This document shows positions 41,101 to 54,647 of a DNA stretch of 64,000 nt, piece after piece (positions within the stretch are counted from its first letter, which is position 1; each line of letters begins with the position of its first letter). The stretch is from Ranitomeya imitator (lineage: Eukaryota): contig NC_091288.1 in assembly GCF_032444005.1 (NCBI RefSeq), forward strand, positions 203,360,001 through 203,424,000, read 5' to 3'. The position numbers were made by a program, and so were the translations under genes. The notes under the pieces were generated by a model that made no database searches, was not told where the DNA came from, and saw only the letters and a program-made list of their open reading frames with translations.

Positions 41101-44100
41101 GGATCCTGAGAAAGCCTTGAGAGGGGACTACTTGGAAGAAGAACCTGCAGACCTGGTGCCGGGTGTTCGGATCAAACATTTAACAAAGGTGAAGTTCTAC
41201 CCTACGTCCACTAGGTGTCACTCTGTCACAACTCCATTCTAGATGTGATTCCCTTTCCCTTCTTAAAGGGGTGGTCTCGTATTGAACACATCAAGTGTCT
41301 GATCCTCGGGCATCCAATCCAATCATGGGAATGCGAGCCCCCCAAATGAATGGAGAGGTGGTCATTCATGCATACAATATTGCGCTCTTTTTATTTTCCA
41401 GGCTTTCCGTGTGAACGGTAAGAGGCGCGTTGCTGTGCGGGATCTCACTCTTAACATGTATGAAGGACAAATTACGGTACTACTGGGACACAACGGAGCC
41501 GGGAAGAGCACTACTTTATCTATGCTGACCGGTACGTGATCTCCCACAACTCCGACCCCGGCCGTTAACCCTTCGTTGTGCCAATGAACGTAATTTCAGC
41601 ATTGTGCACGATCTACATCTAACCATCCATTTTTTTTTTTTTTTCTTTTTGGGTTTTAGGCCTTTTTCCCCCCTCATCCGGTGAATGCTACATTGGAGGG
41701 TATGAAATCTCTCGAGACACCGCTCTCATCAGACGCAATCTGGGGCTCTGCCCTCAACATGACGTCCTGTTCCAGGGTCTCACCGTGGAGGAGCACTTGT
41801 ATTTTTACGCAGCTGTAAGGGTCTCGAGAACTAATAAGCCAGCAATGTACGTCTATCTATAATCATTGCACCCAACCTTCATGTCTGTGTTTTTTTTAGC
41901 TGAAAGGCTGTCCTCGTTGGCGCTGCCCGGATGAGGTGGAAAAGATATTGCAAATCCTAAGAATTGAAGAGAAACGTAAAGCTTTGAGCACTCAGTTGTC
42001 GGGGGGCACCTGCCGCAAGCTGTCCATAGGGATCGCCTTGATAGGAGGGTCTAAGGTAATAACCGGTCGCCATGTTCGCGGCTAACAGATGCCACATTGT
42101 AAGGTTACCTGATCTGCAAACCGTGTGCTGGTCGCAGGTCGTTATGCTGGATGAACCGACTTCTGGAATGGACCCGGCCTCTCGTAGGGACACGTGGGAG
42201 CTCTTAAGGCAGCACAAACACGACCGGACCCTCCTCCTCACCACGCATTTCATGGACGAGGCCGATATCCTTGGAGATCGAGTCGCCATCCTTGCCCAGG
42301 GGCAGCTGCAGTGCTGCGGGTCGCCTCTCTTCCTCAAAAGCAAATATGGTGAGAAAGGGGGAATGTGGAGGGGGTTACTGAAAATGGAGCAAGTTGCATC
42401 CCCCTGCACAAAGAGCAGGGGGCGGTGGAGGAGAAAAAGCAGAAGCAATTTGATCCCTTCGTTCTGTAGATCAGGGGTGGGCAATTACTTTTCCCAAAGG
42501 GGCCAGCGCCCACAATGTATACAGGATGAGCCCGCGCGCAGCGCACACGATGTATACAGGATGAGCCCAAGCGCAGCGCACACGATGTATACAGGATGAT
42601 CCCGTGCGCAGCGCACACGATGTACACAGGATGAGCCCGCGCAGCGCACGCGATGTATACAGGATGATCCCGTGCGCAGCGCACACGATGTACACAGGAT
42701 GAGCCCGCACAGCGCACGCGATGTATACAGGATGAGCCCGAGCGCAGTACACACGATGTATACAGGATGAGCCCGTGCGCAGCGCACACGATGTATACAG
42801 GATGAGCCCGCACGCAGCGCACACGATGTATACAGGATGATCCCGTGCGCAGCGCACACGATGTATACAGGATGAGTCCGAGCGCAGCACACACGATGTA
42901 TACAGGATGAGCCCGTGCGCAGCGCACACGATGTATACAGGATGAGCCCGCACGCAGCGCACACGATGTATACAGGATGATCCCGTGCGCAGCGCACACG
43001 ATGTATACAGGATGATCCCGTGCGCAGCGCACACGATGTATACAGGATGATCCCGAGCGCAGCGCACGCGATGTATACAGGATGAGCCCGTGCGCAGCGC
43101 ACGCGATGTATACAGGATGAGCCCGAGCGCAGTACACAGGATGAGCCCGTGCACAGCGCACGCGATGTATACAGGATGAGCCCGCGCAGCGCACGCGATG
43201 TATACAGGATGAGCCCGCACGCAGCGCCCACAATGTTTACAGCCTTACATCCCACACACAAACATGCGCCTGCTCCCCCGGCGCTCCATTCCAGTCTTTG
43301 TTGTGTGCACTGACTCAGCACAGCGGACACAACATAGTGACGTCACGGCATCTTCTGTCTCAGTCGCACACGCTGATTGGTGGAAGAAGGCGCAGGCAGC
43401 TCTGCCCTCCACCATTATAGTTGCTGCATTCTGCTGCCCGTGGGCCAGTGTTTTCAGCCCTTCTACTGTTTCATTTCGTGGGCTGGGCTGGACTATCCCC
43501 TACACTAATAAGCCCGGTGTTATGTATTCGTACTGACTAGCCCATCTTATTCTAGCCCTACGAATATGTTGCCCGTCTTACGTTTTGGTGTCGTCATTCT
43601 GCAGGTGCCGGGTACCATATGGTGATGGTGAAGCAGCCGCACTGCCAAGTGGAGGAAATCACAGACCTCGTCACCAGCTATGTCCCCCATGCCACCTTGG
43701 AGAGTAATGCTGGGGCAGAACTATCTTACATCTTGCCCAAGGAGAGCACCCATAGGTAAGACTCGCAGAAATGATATTTAGGCATGTATCGTACCCTGGT
43801 GCCCAGGGAGGCCATGATATTACTGCGTTCCTTTGTGCATTTGGATATGGCCGGTTTTACACCTGCGTGAGACATGGAGCTGGCAGTGATCAGAAGACCC
43901 GGCCCGCCGATCTGCGCTGCAGTTTCTCTCCTGTCGGGCCGGGTCTTCCAATTAGAGTACGGCTGTGTGAATTCGTCCATCTTTTTTAGGTTTGAGCCAC
44001 TGTTCTCTGAGCTGGAGCTTCGCCGCGATGAGTTGGGCATTGCCAGTTACGGAGCATCGGTCACCACTATGGAGGAAGTATTTCTAAGGTAGGGGCCTCC

Positions 44101-47100
44101 CATGTTTGATGCCTTTATCGGTTCCTGTGTCCTGTAGGATCTGAGTCGCCTCCTTCTACATTTTAGGGTGGGGAAATTAGTAGACAGCAGCCTGGACATA
44201 CAGGCCATACAGCTGCCCGCACTCCAGTATCAGCACGAGCGACGCGCAAACGACTGGTCCGCGGAGGAGTCCTGCTCCATGAGCGACTGCACGGAGGACA
44301 GCGGGACGCTGATCACCGAGGATTGTTCTAATGTCAAGCTTAACGGAGGGGTGAGCTGAAGCGGCGGGACTGATAGCATCACTTATTAGGGTGGGGGGCG
44401 TTCAAAAAATGTAGATGACTGCAGGATCCGACTACATGGGGTATGGGCGTAGTCTGTTACCATTGCGACACAGACGACATGCAGCTCTGTAAATAATAAA
44501 AACTGATCACAAATTTCTTTCTGATTTTAATATTTGTATGAAGTGACCGCATTATAGATGTACCTGTCGCCTCTTTTTCTTCCCTCCAGTGTTCCCTCTG
44601 GTGCCAGCAGTTTTATGCCCTTTTTGTAAAGCGAGCTTCGTACAGCTGGAGGAACTGGAAGATCGTTGTGGGCCAGTTCTTGGTCCCTTTGATCTTCACC
44701 ACATTGGCCCTGATTGTAGGAAATACCTTCCCTGGACCCCAAGACTCTCCCCCGCTGCAGATGAACTTGGCACCTTATGGGCGCACAGCGGTGCCGTACT
44801 CCCTGCCACCTAATGCCTCGCTCCTGCTGCAGACCCTGGCAGAGAACTTCAGGGAGCAGCTGGATGAGGACCACGTCGAGCCCCAAGAAGTGATCGGTAA
44901 GTCCTGGGTGCTTGCCACACTCCTAGAGAAGAGGGTGACGTAGATGAACCGCCCCTTTAAGTTGTATATCTCAGCTATGGAAAGCCGTGACCTTGTGGGA
45001 CGCAGCAGCTCCCATGTGCCAATCATATATTTTTACTTCGTCCTCAGGTGACCTTGATGATTATCTTCTGGCAAAGGCGACCGACGAAGGTGCCCTGTTT
45101 GCTGAACACTGCCTGTGCGCCGCCGAAATCCTACGTGTCGGCTCACGTTACAATGTCACTGCCCGATTCAATAACCAGGCGTTCCACGCGGTGGCTGTGG
45201 CGTTGGCATTGGCTGATAACACCCTGTTCAGATTGGTGGCTGGCGCCAACGCTTCTATTTCCGTAACCAACTACCCGCTGCCACGAAACACCACCGAGAC
45301 TGCCCGGGACCAGCTCCTCGAGTAAGTGGGATGCTTAGAATGAGACTTATAAGCCATTTATATACATGTCACCCCTTCCTTCCCCCTTGGATCCACCTTC
45401 TCCAAAACCCCTTCTGGCCATTGCATTGCACATTTCTCAATGCCGGTATTTTAGGTGTATTATTTCCTAGGGGACAGGCGGGTAAATGCAATGCATTTCC
45501 TGCCAGTGACTCTTGCATGGATCTGTGCAGCTGCTGCAAATATTTAATGCATGCATTTACCACTAGAGGGAGCTAAGTACATATATACAGGAGGTGTATA
45601 AATCTGAATGCAGAGAGCTCCCTCTAGTGGCACTGTGGTGGTGCTGCTATCAGAGTTGCTGGTCTTTGTGGGAGACGCACTGTATAAGACCATGCAATAA
45701 GGTTAGTTTTGCTTTTTTCTGCAGGGGTCAGACGGGTTTCGCCATCGCCATTAATCTTCTGTACGGGATGGCATCTTTAGCTAGCACGTTCTCCCTGCTA
45801 CTGGTCGGGGAGAGGGCGGTGAAGTCCAAACACGTGCAGTTTGTGAGCGGAGCATCGTCCTTCAGTTACTGGCTGTCTGCACTGACCTGGGATCTGCTGA
45901 ACTTCCTAATCCCGTGCACCCTCATGCTTGTAAGTGACCCCCGTATTGTTCATTTTCCTACATCCGGTGCCGGATCGGAGATGATGCAGATGAGACGGAG
46001 AAGCGTCACCTCCTCGTTTAGGCGCCTGTAACCTCTGCCCCCATTATACTTGCAGGTGGTGTTCCAGGCCTTTGGGGTGCGCGCCTATACGGATAGGCAC
46101 CATCTTGTGGACGTGATGCTGATGCTCCTCCTGTACGGCTGGGCCGTCATTCCTCTTATGTACTTGTTTAGCTTTCTGTTCACCTCCACTGCCACCGCTT
46201 ACACCCGGCTCACCATATTCAACATCCTGTCGGGCACTGCCTCCTTCTTGTCGGTCACCATCATGAGCATCCCAGGTAAGACAGTTGCCCTAGCTGCACA
46301 GCACTTGCCTATATCTACCCCTATGTTGCCCATTGTGGGCTTTTCCGCTCTATTAAAGGGACTGTCTGGTGAAAACAAGTGATCGCTTATTTATCAGTGG
46401 TGGTCCGACCATCGGGACCTGCACCAGATGGCAGAACCGGGCACTTTTATCCCTATTTAGAATGGATCCTGACCACCGCTCCGTTCATTCCCTACGGCAC
46501 TGCCCGTTGCTGCGTTTGGCTTTTTCCGACAGCCCTATAGAGAATGAATGAAGTGGCGGTCGGGCGTCCGATCTGCTGCTCTGTTTTAGAAGGAGACCTC
46601 CAATACATTAGAAGGTCAGCAGACCCCACCATAATAGCCGGGTGCGGCGGACTCTTCTGTGTATGGCGGCGTATAGGCTGGGCACATGGTCCCGCATTAT
46701 GGCGGTGTATAACCCTGTCCGTCCGTTGTAGTGTCCTGTCCTGCAGCCGCCTTCACCTGTCAGGCCTGTTATTAGCCGCTGATTGCCGGAGGGTCTTCTA
46801 TAAAGGGGCTGGCTTTTTTTTGTTCTTTCTCCCCTTTTCCATCTTTATTTTCCGCAGCCCTCGACCTGGTGGACCTATCTCACACCCTGGACCTCGTATT
46901 TTTGGTGCTCCCCAATTATTGCATGGGACGATCATTCAGTGACTTCTATCAAAACTACCATTTCCTGGAATTCTGTACCTCATTTACCCCGATATCTGAA
47001 CTTGCCTGCCAGCAAATGAGTGAGTGACTTTTTTTTTTTCTTACATTTTTGTCCAGCATGGAGTTATGAAACCTTGTAGATCACTGTATTAGGGGATTTG

Positions 47101-50100
47101 TCTTCACTCCTGTAAAAAAACAAATGCACGCAAGCCGCTTCCAAACAACTGCTTTTCCCAGTCTACTCTCCTGCCTTGGGAGTACAGATGCTGGCAGTGA
47201 AGGGGTCGGCACCGGCATCTTCCTTTTTCGTTAAACCTAACTATACATGCGTATCACTGAAGGGGAGGACATAACGAGAACAGGATTGTTTGGGGGAAGT
47301 AAATCCATTAGAATATACTATACAGGGGGCAGTGAGGGTCCGCCATTGACTGTTCTGATAAGACCCTAAGAGGAGGACACAAGTGCTGACTCTTTCACTG
47401 CCAGCACCTGTACTCTAAATGAGGACGTTCTGATATCAGTGCAGCTGAAGGCAACAAATAGACTGGAGAAATCCCAGGCACCATCCGCCATACAGTTCTG
47501 CCCACCACACATGCCTCTGCCCCCCGCAGAGCAGGGGGGATGATGAAGGTTGGCACTCCTATACTTCAGCTTTCCGGGACACTTGTGAGATTTACCGTTA
47601 CTTTTCCTTTCCAGATATCACCTATCAAACCAACTATTACTCTTTCTCCTCTCCGGGAGTGGGACGCTACTTGACCTCTATGGCCGTTCAGGGCTTCATC
47701 TTCCTTTGCCTTCTCTTCATTATCGAGAGCCAGATCCTCTGCCAGCTTTGCCGGTTCAGGCGTCGTCGCTGGGTACGGTTTTTAGGCAGGGTGGGGGGAG
47801 GTCATAAAATGGGGCTGAGCTCCTGACATTTCTGGGGATCTATGATCCATAAACTCCATATTTTTTTTTTTATATTTAGCTTGTATTTGCTTCCTGTCTT
47901 CATCTTTTCAGTTCTCACTCCCTGAGTCCCCTGTGACTCCCTCAGAGGACCGGGATGTGGCCGACGAGAGGAAGAAGGTGTTGGAGTCTCCGATGGAGCA
48001 GCCCTCGACACTTAGTAGCCCCCTGGTTATCCGGGAACTTAGCAAGGTTAGTTCTGGTGATTAACACTTAGGTCATGAAAGTATATAAGATGGGGCCCCA
48101 ATGTTATGTACAAAGGGGCCAAAACCACAATGTACTGATTAATCTCTATGGAGAGCGATGCCAATTGTCCAGGTAGAAACGGGCACTTGGGGGCATAGTT
48201 GGGGTTCCCACCTCTCCTCTTGAGGAATATTAGATCCGCTGAGGCCTAAGCCCCCCATGATCTATAAGCTGAATCCTAGAAAGGTCTAAACACAGGGACC
48301 CCCAACCATCCTCGGATGGGGGCAGGGAGGAGATGAAAGCGGTGGGCTACATGCTCGTTCTCTCTGCCGACCACAGCCGTGAAAAGGTGATGTTTGTTGG
48401 AGTCTGGAGTGCCCCTTTAATTGTGTTTCTTTAATTCTGAAGGTGTACGGCCGGCGCGCTCTTCTCCTTGCCGTAGATCGCATATCCCTGGCTGTGGGCC
48501 GTGGAGAATGCTTTGGACTGCTTGGCTTTAATGGAGCTGGTAAGACCACCACGTTCCGGATGCTGACTGGAGACGAAAGCGTCAGCTCTGGGGACGCCTA
48601 CATCGATGGGTACAGCATCCTGAACCACACAAAGAAGGTAAATGGGAGACGCAAGACCAGGTCTTGTTTCTGTGCTTCCATACATACGTAGCCCTCCATG
48701 CCTTACCAGCATCTCTCCTTTTGCGCAGGCCCAGCAGAGAATCGGCTACTGCCCACAGTTTGACCCCTTACTTGACCATATGACTGGTCGCGAGACGCTG
48801 TGTCTTTACGCCCGCCTACGGGGAGTCCCGGAGGTCTACATTAATAGCTGCGTAGAGAACATGCTGCGGGGGCTTCTCCTGGAACCTCATGCTAATAAAC
48901 TAGTGCGGGCGTATAGGTGAGTCGGTGGGGTGGCAGGGTGGTCTCGTATGTGTCGTTCTCTTTTTTGGGGGGAATATAATGTGTTCTTTCCCGTACGTCC
49001 CAGTGGTGGAAACAAGAGGAAGCTCAGCGCTGGCATTGCTCTGATCGGTGGTCCACCAGTCATCTTCATGGATGAGCCGTCTACTGGAATGGATCCAGTG
49101 GCTCGGAGACTTCTGTGGGACGCAGTGACCAGAACTCGAGAGAGCGGCAAAGCTGTGATCATCACGTCACACAGGTGAGGCGCCATTGTGTGCGGAGGGG
49201 ATCTGGGACGACGCACGGTTTCTAATCACTCGGTGTCTTCCAGCATGGAGGAGTGTGAAGCTCTTTGCACGCGGCTTGCCATCATGGTGAACGGTCAGCT
49301 CAAGTGCCTGGGCAGTCCTCAGCACCTGAAATGCAAATTTGGTAGCGGATACACGTTACTAGCCAAGACGTCCAGAGGCGGAGATGATCTTGTTGCCTTT
49401 AAAGATTTTGTGGAGACCGTCTTCCCAGGTTAGTGTGTGCAGAGCCAATGCAGTCTACGCCTCGGGCAGGACCACTGTAGTGAAGGCTGCAGCCGATCAG
49501 CGGACATGACACAATGTCAGTGCTGATATCACTGGGCCAGGAGACAAGTACATGTTTTTGTTGTTTTATATGGGGCACATAAGCAATTAACCAGATTAAA
49601 GGGGCTTTTCTGATCTGTGGCCACCACTAGGGGGAGCTTAGTGCATGAACGTATACAGCTTCCATAGATCTCATACATCTTTATACACTTAGCTCCCTCT
49701 AGTGGTGTTTACCATCAACCACAATTTTTTTTCCCCCTTTTTAATTGGTAGTTGTCCTGATTTCCCCATGTTCTGTTTTAACAGGTAGCCAGCTGAAGCA
49801 CGAGCACCAGGGTATGGTCCACTACCATATAACAAACCAGGATCTGAGTTGGGCACAGGTAAGAATTTTGCCGGCTCACCTATTGAGTTGTCCATGCAAA
49901 ACATTATCTTCTGCGGTGGTTGTCGTACGTTTTCTATTCTTGTCTCGTTGGATGTTTAAGATTCAGACCCGTTTTCGTGTTCTTCTCCATTTTTTTCCAG
50001 GTGTTTGGAACTTTAGAAAAAGCCAAAGAGAAGTTTGATCTGGAGGATTACTGCGTGAGCCAGATCTCTCTGGAGCAAGTGTTCCTGAGCTTCAGTCATT

Positions 50101-50132
50101 TCCAGCAGCCGCCGGAGGTGGTCGTTGTATAG
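35160..50132 (+). CDS. ABCA3: ATP-binding cassette subfamily A member 3 (lamellar-body lipid transporter), 30 coding exons, 5097 nt / 1698 aa
   Basis: Exons: 35160-35213, 35645-35900, 37263-37390, 37465-37630, 37788-38047, 38122-38238, 39540-39660, 40008-40181, 40272-40453, 41042-41188, 41402-41531, 41660-41814, 41900-42055, 42138-42348, 43605-43755, 43990-44088, 44167-44350, 44590-44896, 45048-45321, 45725-45929, 46056-46275, 46858-47019, 47615-47772, 47912-48046, 48443-48637, 48729-48916, 49004-49174, 49244-49428, 49785-49858, 50001-50132. Starts [21 protein letters not shown]. Walker A GHNGAGKS and GFNGAGKT, Walker B LDEPTSG and MDEPSTG, the ABCA3-typical linker [27 protein letters not shown], and a C-terminal [12 protein letters not shown]. 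The frame is continuous throughout. Confidence 0.96.
35891..36965. repeat. 37-bp minisatellite, about 29 copies, starting at the ABCA3 coding-exon-2 donor
   Basis: Unit ATATCCGAGCTAAGGCAGCCTACTCCGGTGGTCCCAT; period from AAGG at 35977 and 36014. Confidence 0.97.
38301..38638. other. Assembly gap (N run) in an ABCA3 intron
   Basis: Run of N. Exons 38122-38238 and 39540-39660 join in frame with no obvious missing segment. Confidence 0.99.
39063..39335. mobile_element. hAT-type MITE (family of 6841-7153)
   Basis: TAATGATGAG ... CTCATCACTA ends and a shared core. Degenerate 8-bp TSD TTTTCTGC / GGTTCTGC. Confidence 0.75.
42514..43240. repeat. About 35-bp minisatellite, about 21 copies, in an ABCA3 intron
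   Basis: Unit ATGTATACAGGATGAGCCCGTGCGCAGCGCACACG. Source of the 249-299 aa minus-strand ORFs. Confidence 0.96.
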
Positions 50133-50723
50133 AACTTTATCCAAAAAGATTGTGAAATATCTCCACGGACTGCAGACGCCGCCTTTGGTGCACACTCAAC
50201 TGTGACCAACGGCCTCCGGTTTCTCATGTGACCAATTTTTGCCGTCCAGACAAAACTTTGCACCTTCCATAGTAGAAGAACCACATCCCCCGTCCACGTC
50301 GGTCTTAACCATTTCTAGAAGAATTGTCCGTCCATAATGACCATGGTCTCCATCCAGTGTAACCAGCCTGCCCTATACTGATGACCAATCTCCTCCAGTG
50401 CCTCCTCCTTTCATACAAGCCCCCCACATCATCCCCCTCCTGGACTCTGGTATTACTTCCGTCATCTTACCAAGGGAGCTGACTGCACTGAAATCAAGTT
50501 CTACCACTGACTGAAACATGTGAGGCGCTGATGGATCTACTACTGCACCATGATTGAAATTATCGCCTAATTGTTGTATTGCTTGAATGGAAATCACTAC
50601 GCTGATTTGAAAGGATGCAATTTTTATTTTATTTTTTTTTTAAATTGAACACTTTAAGCTTAAAGGGATAGAGAAGGGAATTGTGAATACTAAACCAATG
50701 GAATTATCAATGCAACCGCTGTC

Positions 50724-51245
50724 GGGTGGCGTCTCTCCTGTGGCACCTCCTGACCCCGCTCGGGTGGCGTCTCTCCTGTGGCACCTCCTGGCCCCGCTCG
50801 GGTGGCGTCTCTCCTGTGGCACCTCCTGGCCCCGCTCGGGTGGCGTCTCTCCTGTGGCACCTCCTGGCCCCGCTCTGGTGGCGTCTCTCCTGTGGCATCT
50901 CTCGGGTGGCGTCTCTCCCCTGGTGCCTCTCGGGTGGCGTCTCTCCCCCGGCGCCGCTCGAGTGGCGTCTCTCCCCCGGCGCATCTCGGCCCCGCTCGGG
51001 TGGCGTCTCTCCTGTGGCATCTCTCGGGTGGCGTCTCTCCCCCGGCGCATCTCGGCCCCGCTCGGGTGGCGTCTCTCCCCCGGCGCATCTCGGCCCCGCT
51101 CGGGTGGCGTCTCTCCCCCGGCGCATCTCTCGGGTGGCGTCTCTCCCCCGGCGCATCTCGGCCCCGCTCGGGTGGCGTCTCTCCCCCGGCGCATCTCGGC
51201 CCCGCTCGGGTGGCGTCTCTCCCCCGGCGCCTCTCGGCCCCGCTC
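50724..51245. repeat. GC-rich 28/38-bp minisatellite, probably within the ABCA3 3' UTR
   Basis: Core CTCGGGTGGCGTCTCTCC followed by TGTGGCACCTCCTGGCCCCG or CCCGGCGCATCTCGGCCCCG. Lies between the stop (50132) and AATAAA (51516). Confidence 0.95.
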
Positions 51246-51515
51246 TGTGCCTGGAACTTTAAGGACTGTTCGCTACAACCTAGGGAGTGCGAGTTAATAT
51301 TTAACCCTTTAGCCTCTGAGGAAAAGATCACACGGCTAACAGTGAATGTATACGGACAGCTGGCACTGACACGACCCTCATTGCTAAACTAACCCCAAAG
51401 CTTGTATTTTTTGTGCGGACAGCCAGGGAACCATGTGTGACGCTGTCTACTCTGTTTTGTCCTTGGAACAAGGTTTTGACTGCTCCAAGCAGACATCTGA
51501 TTGTAAAAAAACCTC

Positions 51516-51521
51516 AATAAA
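51516..51521 (+). terminator. Probable ABCA3 polyadenylation signal AATAAA
   Basis: First AATAAA I found after the stop at 50132, followed by T-rich sequence. Not verified against transcripts. Confidence 0.5.
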
Positions 51522-53198
51522 TCTTATTTATGCTGCTCTTTTGAAAGCTGCAGACTTCATATCATTTATTCTGTGGGAACCATCCCCAACGTCCCTGAAC
51601 CCAAGGTCGAATTCTTCCGTCACGTATCACTAGTGAGAGGCGGGGGAAAAAATATTCTATTGGGGTGTGTGGACAACTTTTCTTTATTTTAGTAAATATT
51701 AAGTATACTGCCGGTTTGTGTACAGCTTCTGTTCAGATCAATGTGTCGCCGTGGTTACAGACTACAAACACCGGGTGTAGTCTGATCCGGACAACACATG
51801 GAGTAACAGAAATCTGACTGCACTTAGCTTCCATTGTAGTCTTGTAACCATGGAGACACACAGCTCTGCACAGGAGCTGTATACACAGAACCATGGCATC
51901 TTGTTATTTGGGCAGAGTGTAAGACATCTCTGTCTACTCTCAGGGCTTGGAACGTAGAAAAAAAGACTAATATTGCAGATACATCATACGACTTTCCAAC
52001 TGCAGAGGAGCAAATAAATTTGTAGGACGCTGGTCAAGTGGCCGGCGGACAACAATCCCCAGCCTGCCGCAATTGTGGCATAATGTTGAGCCATGACTAC
52101 AAATGAGAAGAAGTGCCGTTCATGCCGAGAGATTTTCAAAATCTCAGTTTGTGGCGCTGCAAAACACAAAAAAAAAAAACACACTATTTCCAACTTGTGG
52201 TTAATTCACAGTATTGAAGGCTTCAGAGCTGAAATCTTCCAGCATTCTTTAGTGTATGGAGCTCACATCCTGGGAAGTGCCCTCTTTACACAGTTAGGAC
52301 TTTCTATCACACGCCATTAACAACTAACAGAATTTTGATTGCAGCTCTGAAGTATAATAAGACGGATTTACGGCTTTTGAAAAACCGCATGAGACTCATC
52401 GTTTGTACTTGCAATAAGGGGGAACATTTTGTTACAGAATCATTTTACATTTCAGGCAAAACAGACTTTATTTTAGAAAAATAGACATTTCCCACTTTGT
52501 ACAGATCCCTCTAATACAAAAAGAAATCGAACGACATGAGGGGCACCAATGTGGGCATCACACAGGTTCACAGCTCTTAAAAGAAACCCCCCTGAACCTC
52601 AGTGATACAGACGGGAACGACAAGGGGAAATGACCTGCTCGCCACAAGCAGAAAGGACCTAATGGGGGGATCCATGTGCGTTTGAGACCACTCGGGTCCA
52701 TAAACATCACTCAATGTCAAGTTTCTCCAACTTTTGCCCCTTCCAATACCTATAGTGCAGTGATAGACAAGTCGGGGCGCTGTAGCAGAACTCCAACCCT
52801 TAGCATCTCCTCTAAATGCTGGGAGTTGTAGTGAGTCGCTGTAGTGCATAGTACCTCCTTACTGGTGTGCCCTTCCCCCTCTGGCGATGGCTTCTTACCA
52901 CCAATGTCCAGTAATTCTTCCCTCCCCGTAGAGAACCATGGAGCCAGCAGGACATCAGGGCCCGGACCCCGGAGTTCTGTGCTTTCCCAATAACCACGAA
53001 TCCTTGTAGAAATCGCATTATAGACGCAGTCACAGGAAAGGCACATTGTCAGCGCAGCGTCTCATGACGGCTCCTTGTAGGATCCTATCGTGTGAGCGGA
53101 GCCGCCGGGCCCAGGAAGGTTTATGGACGCTACTGAATGGGGGTAAAAAATGTGCATATTAATGAAAGGCGCTGGAGGTCTCCTCCCGGGGGGGGTCT

Positions 53199-54616
53199 TC
53201 ATTCACAGTTTTCAATATTGGCTAGAAAACGTTCTGCCCACCAGTCCTCAAGGTCGATAGGGACGAAATCTGAAAAAGACGGGGAGGAAAAGGTTAAAAA
53301 AAATGGCAAAGAGTGGCCGTCCTGCTGGCACTACAAGTCCCAGAGCGTCCATTTCTGAGTCAACCAGGCACACAATGTGGACACGGACGGCTCAGTGTGC
53401 GGCCTCCCACACCAGGGGCCATCAAACTGCTCATAATAAGACAAAAACCCATAAGCATGAAAAGGGATTGCCACGCCATCAATCTACAGCTAACTGTGTG
53501 TGTCACTGCTGTTACCCCCTTATAGGTACCAAGAACCTGTGCGAATGGAACAATAATAGTAGCACATGTGCACCATCATTCTACTAATGGTCTATAGGAC
53601 TGCCTGAGATAAGAGTACACTAGAAGTACCATAGACAATCCTCCCCCCAAGTTCACGTAACCACTCATCCTGCGAGTGACACCACCTTTAAATTAAACCG
53701 CCATTTCTTCTGATCAGGTCCAACAATCCATGGGGGATTAGTTTCCTAATATATCTAGACAGGAGTCAAAATATCTTTTTTTTTTTTTTTTTTTTTTTTT
53801 AATACAAAGCACCAAATCCTTTGTATATAGTCTTACAGTTGACATTCTAGCTACCTTCAGCAGCCACAAGAGGGAGCTCATAGCATACTGTTAGATTACT
53901 GAGTTCAACGTGCAAGTTTGCTTTAAGCTCCCTCTAGTGGTGACTGCAGGTAACAAAATAAATAGTAAATGAAGATCCAGCGGCCAGACAGAATGTCACT
54001 AGCGCAGCATTTTCTATCACCCCTATTAGCTGCAAGCTCGGAAACCCTGAATCATGCACCATGTGTGAACCTGGCCCTTTTTTTTTTTTTTTTATTTAAA
54101 AAAAAAAAAAACCTTCCACCCCCCCCCAGACTGATGGACTTTGCCTGCAGAGGTAGAATGTAGTTTACCATTACAGAACTTTAAAAACTCCTTGTTATAA
54201 CAGAAGGTTTATAGGGCAATTTAATGAACAAAAGTGTTACACGTTTACAGGCGGCTGCTCTAAGAAATCTGATGCTTCCTTACAAAACCATTTGGTTTTT
54301 TTTCGAATATCACTTAACCCCTTCTTGACAGGCCAATTTTTTATTTATTTTTTTTTAAATGCACCCACACAGTCAATCAAGGTTTTTGGAACTGAATGGT
54401 GTCAAAAAAAACAAAAAAAAAAAACAAAAAAAAAAAAACCTTCAGATGCAAACCGTAATTGTTTTGTCTATTTTTTTCCCCCATTCTATAAAGTGAATGG
54501 TGTCATACAAAACTGCAGCCTGCCCCACAATAAATTATATACACACACCCTTTGTCGGGAAGGGGGCAAGTGATAAAATATATCCATGCCCACACTAAAA
54601 GTGTGTTAGGTAGGGA

Positions 54617-54647
<31 letters not shown>

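Noticed and set aside
42334-43330. 249-299 aa Cys/His-rich minus-strand ORFs
   Set aside because: Products of the 35-bp intronic minisatellite, not zinc-finger or metallothionein genes.
50640-51392. Overlapping 150-213 aa ORFs on both strands
   Set aside because: They come from a GC-rich tandem repeat that lacks stop codons by composition.
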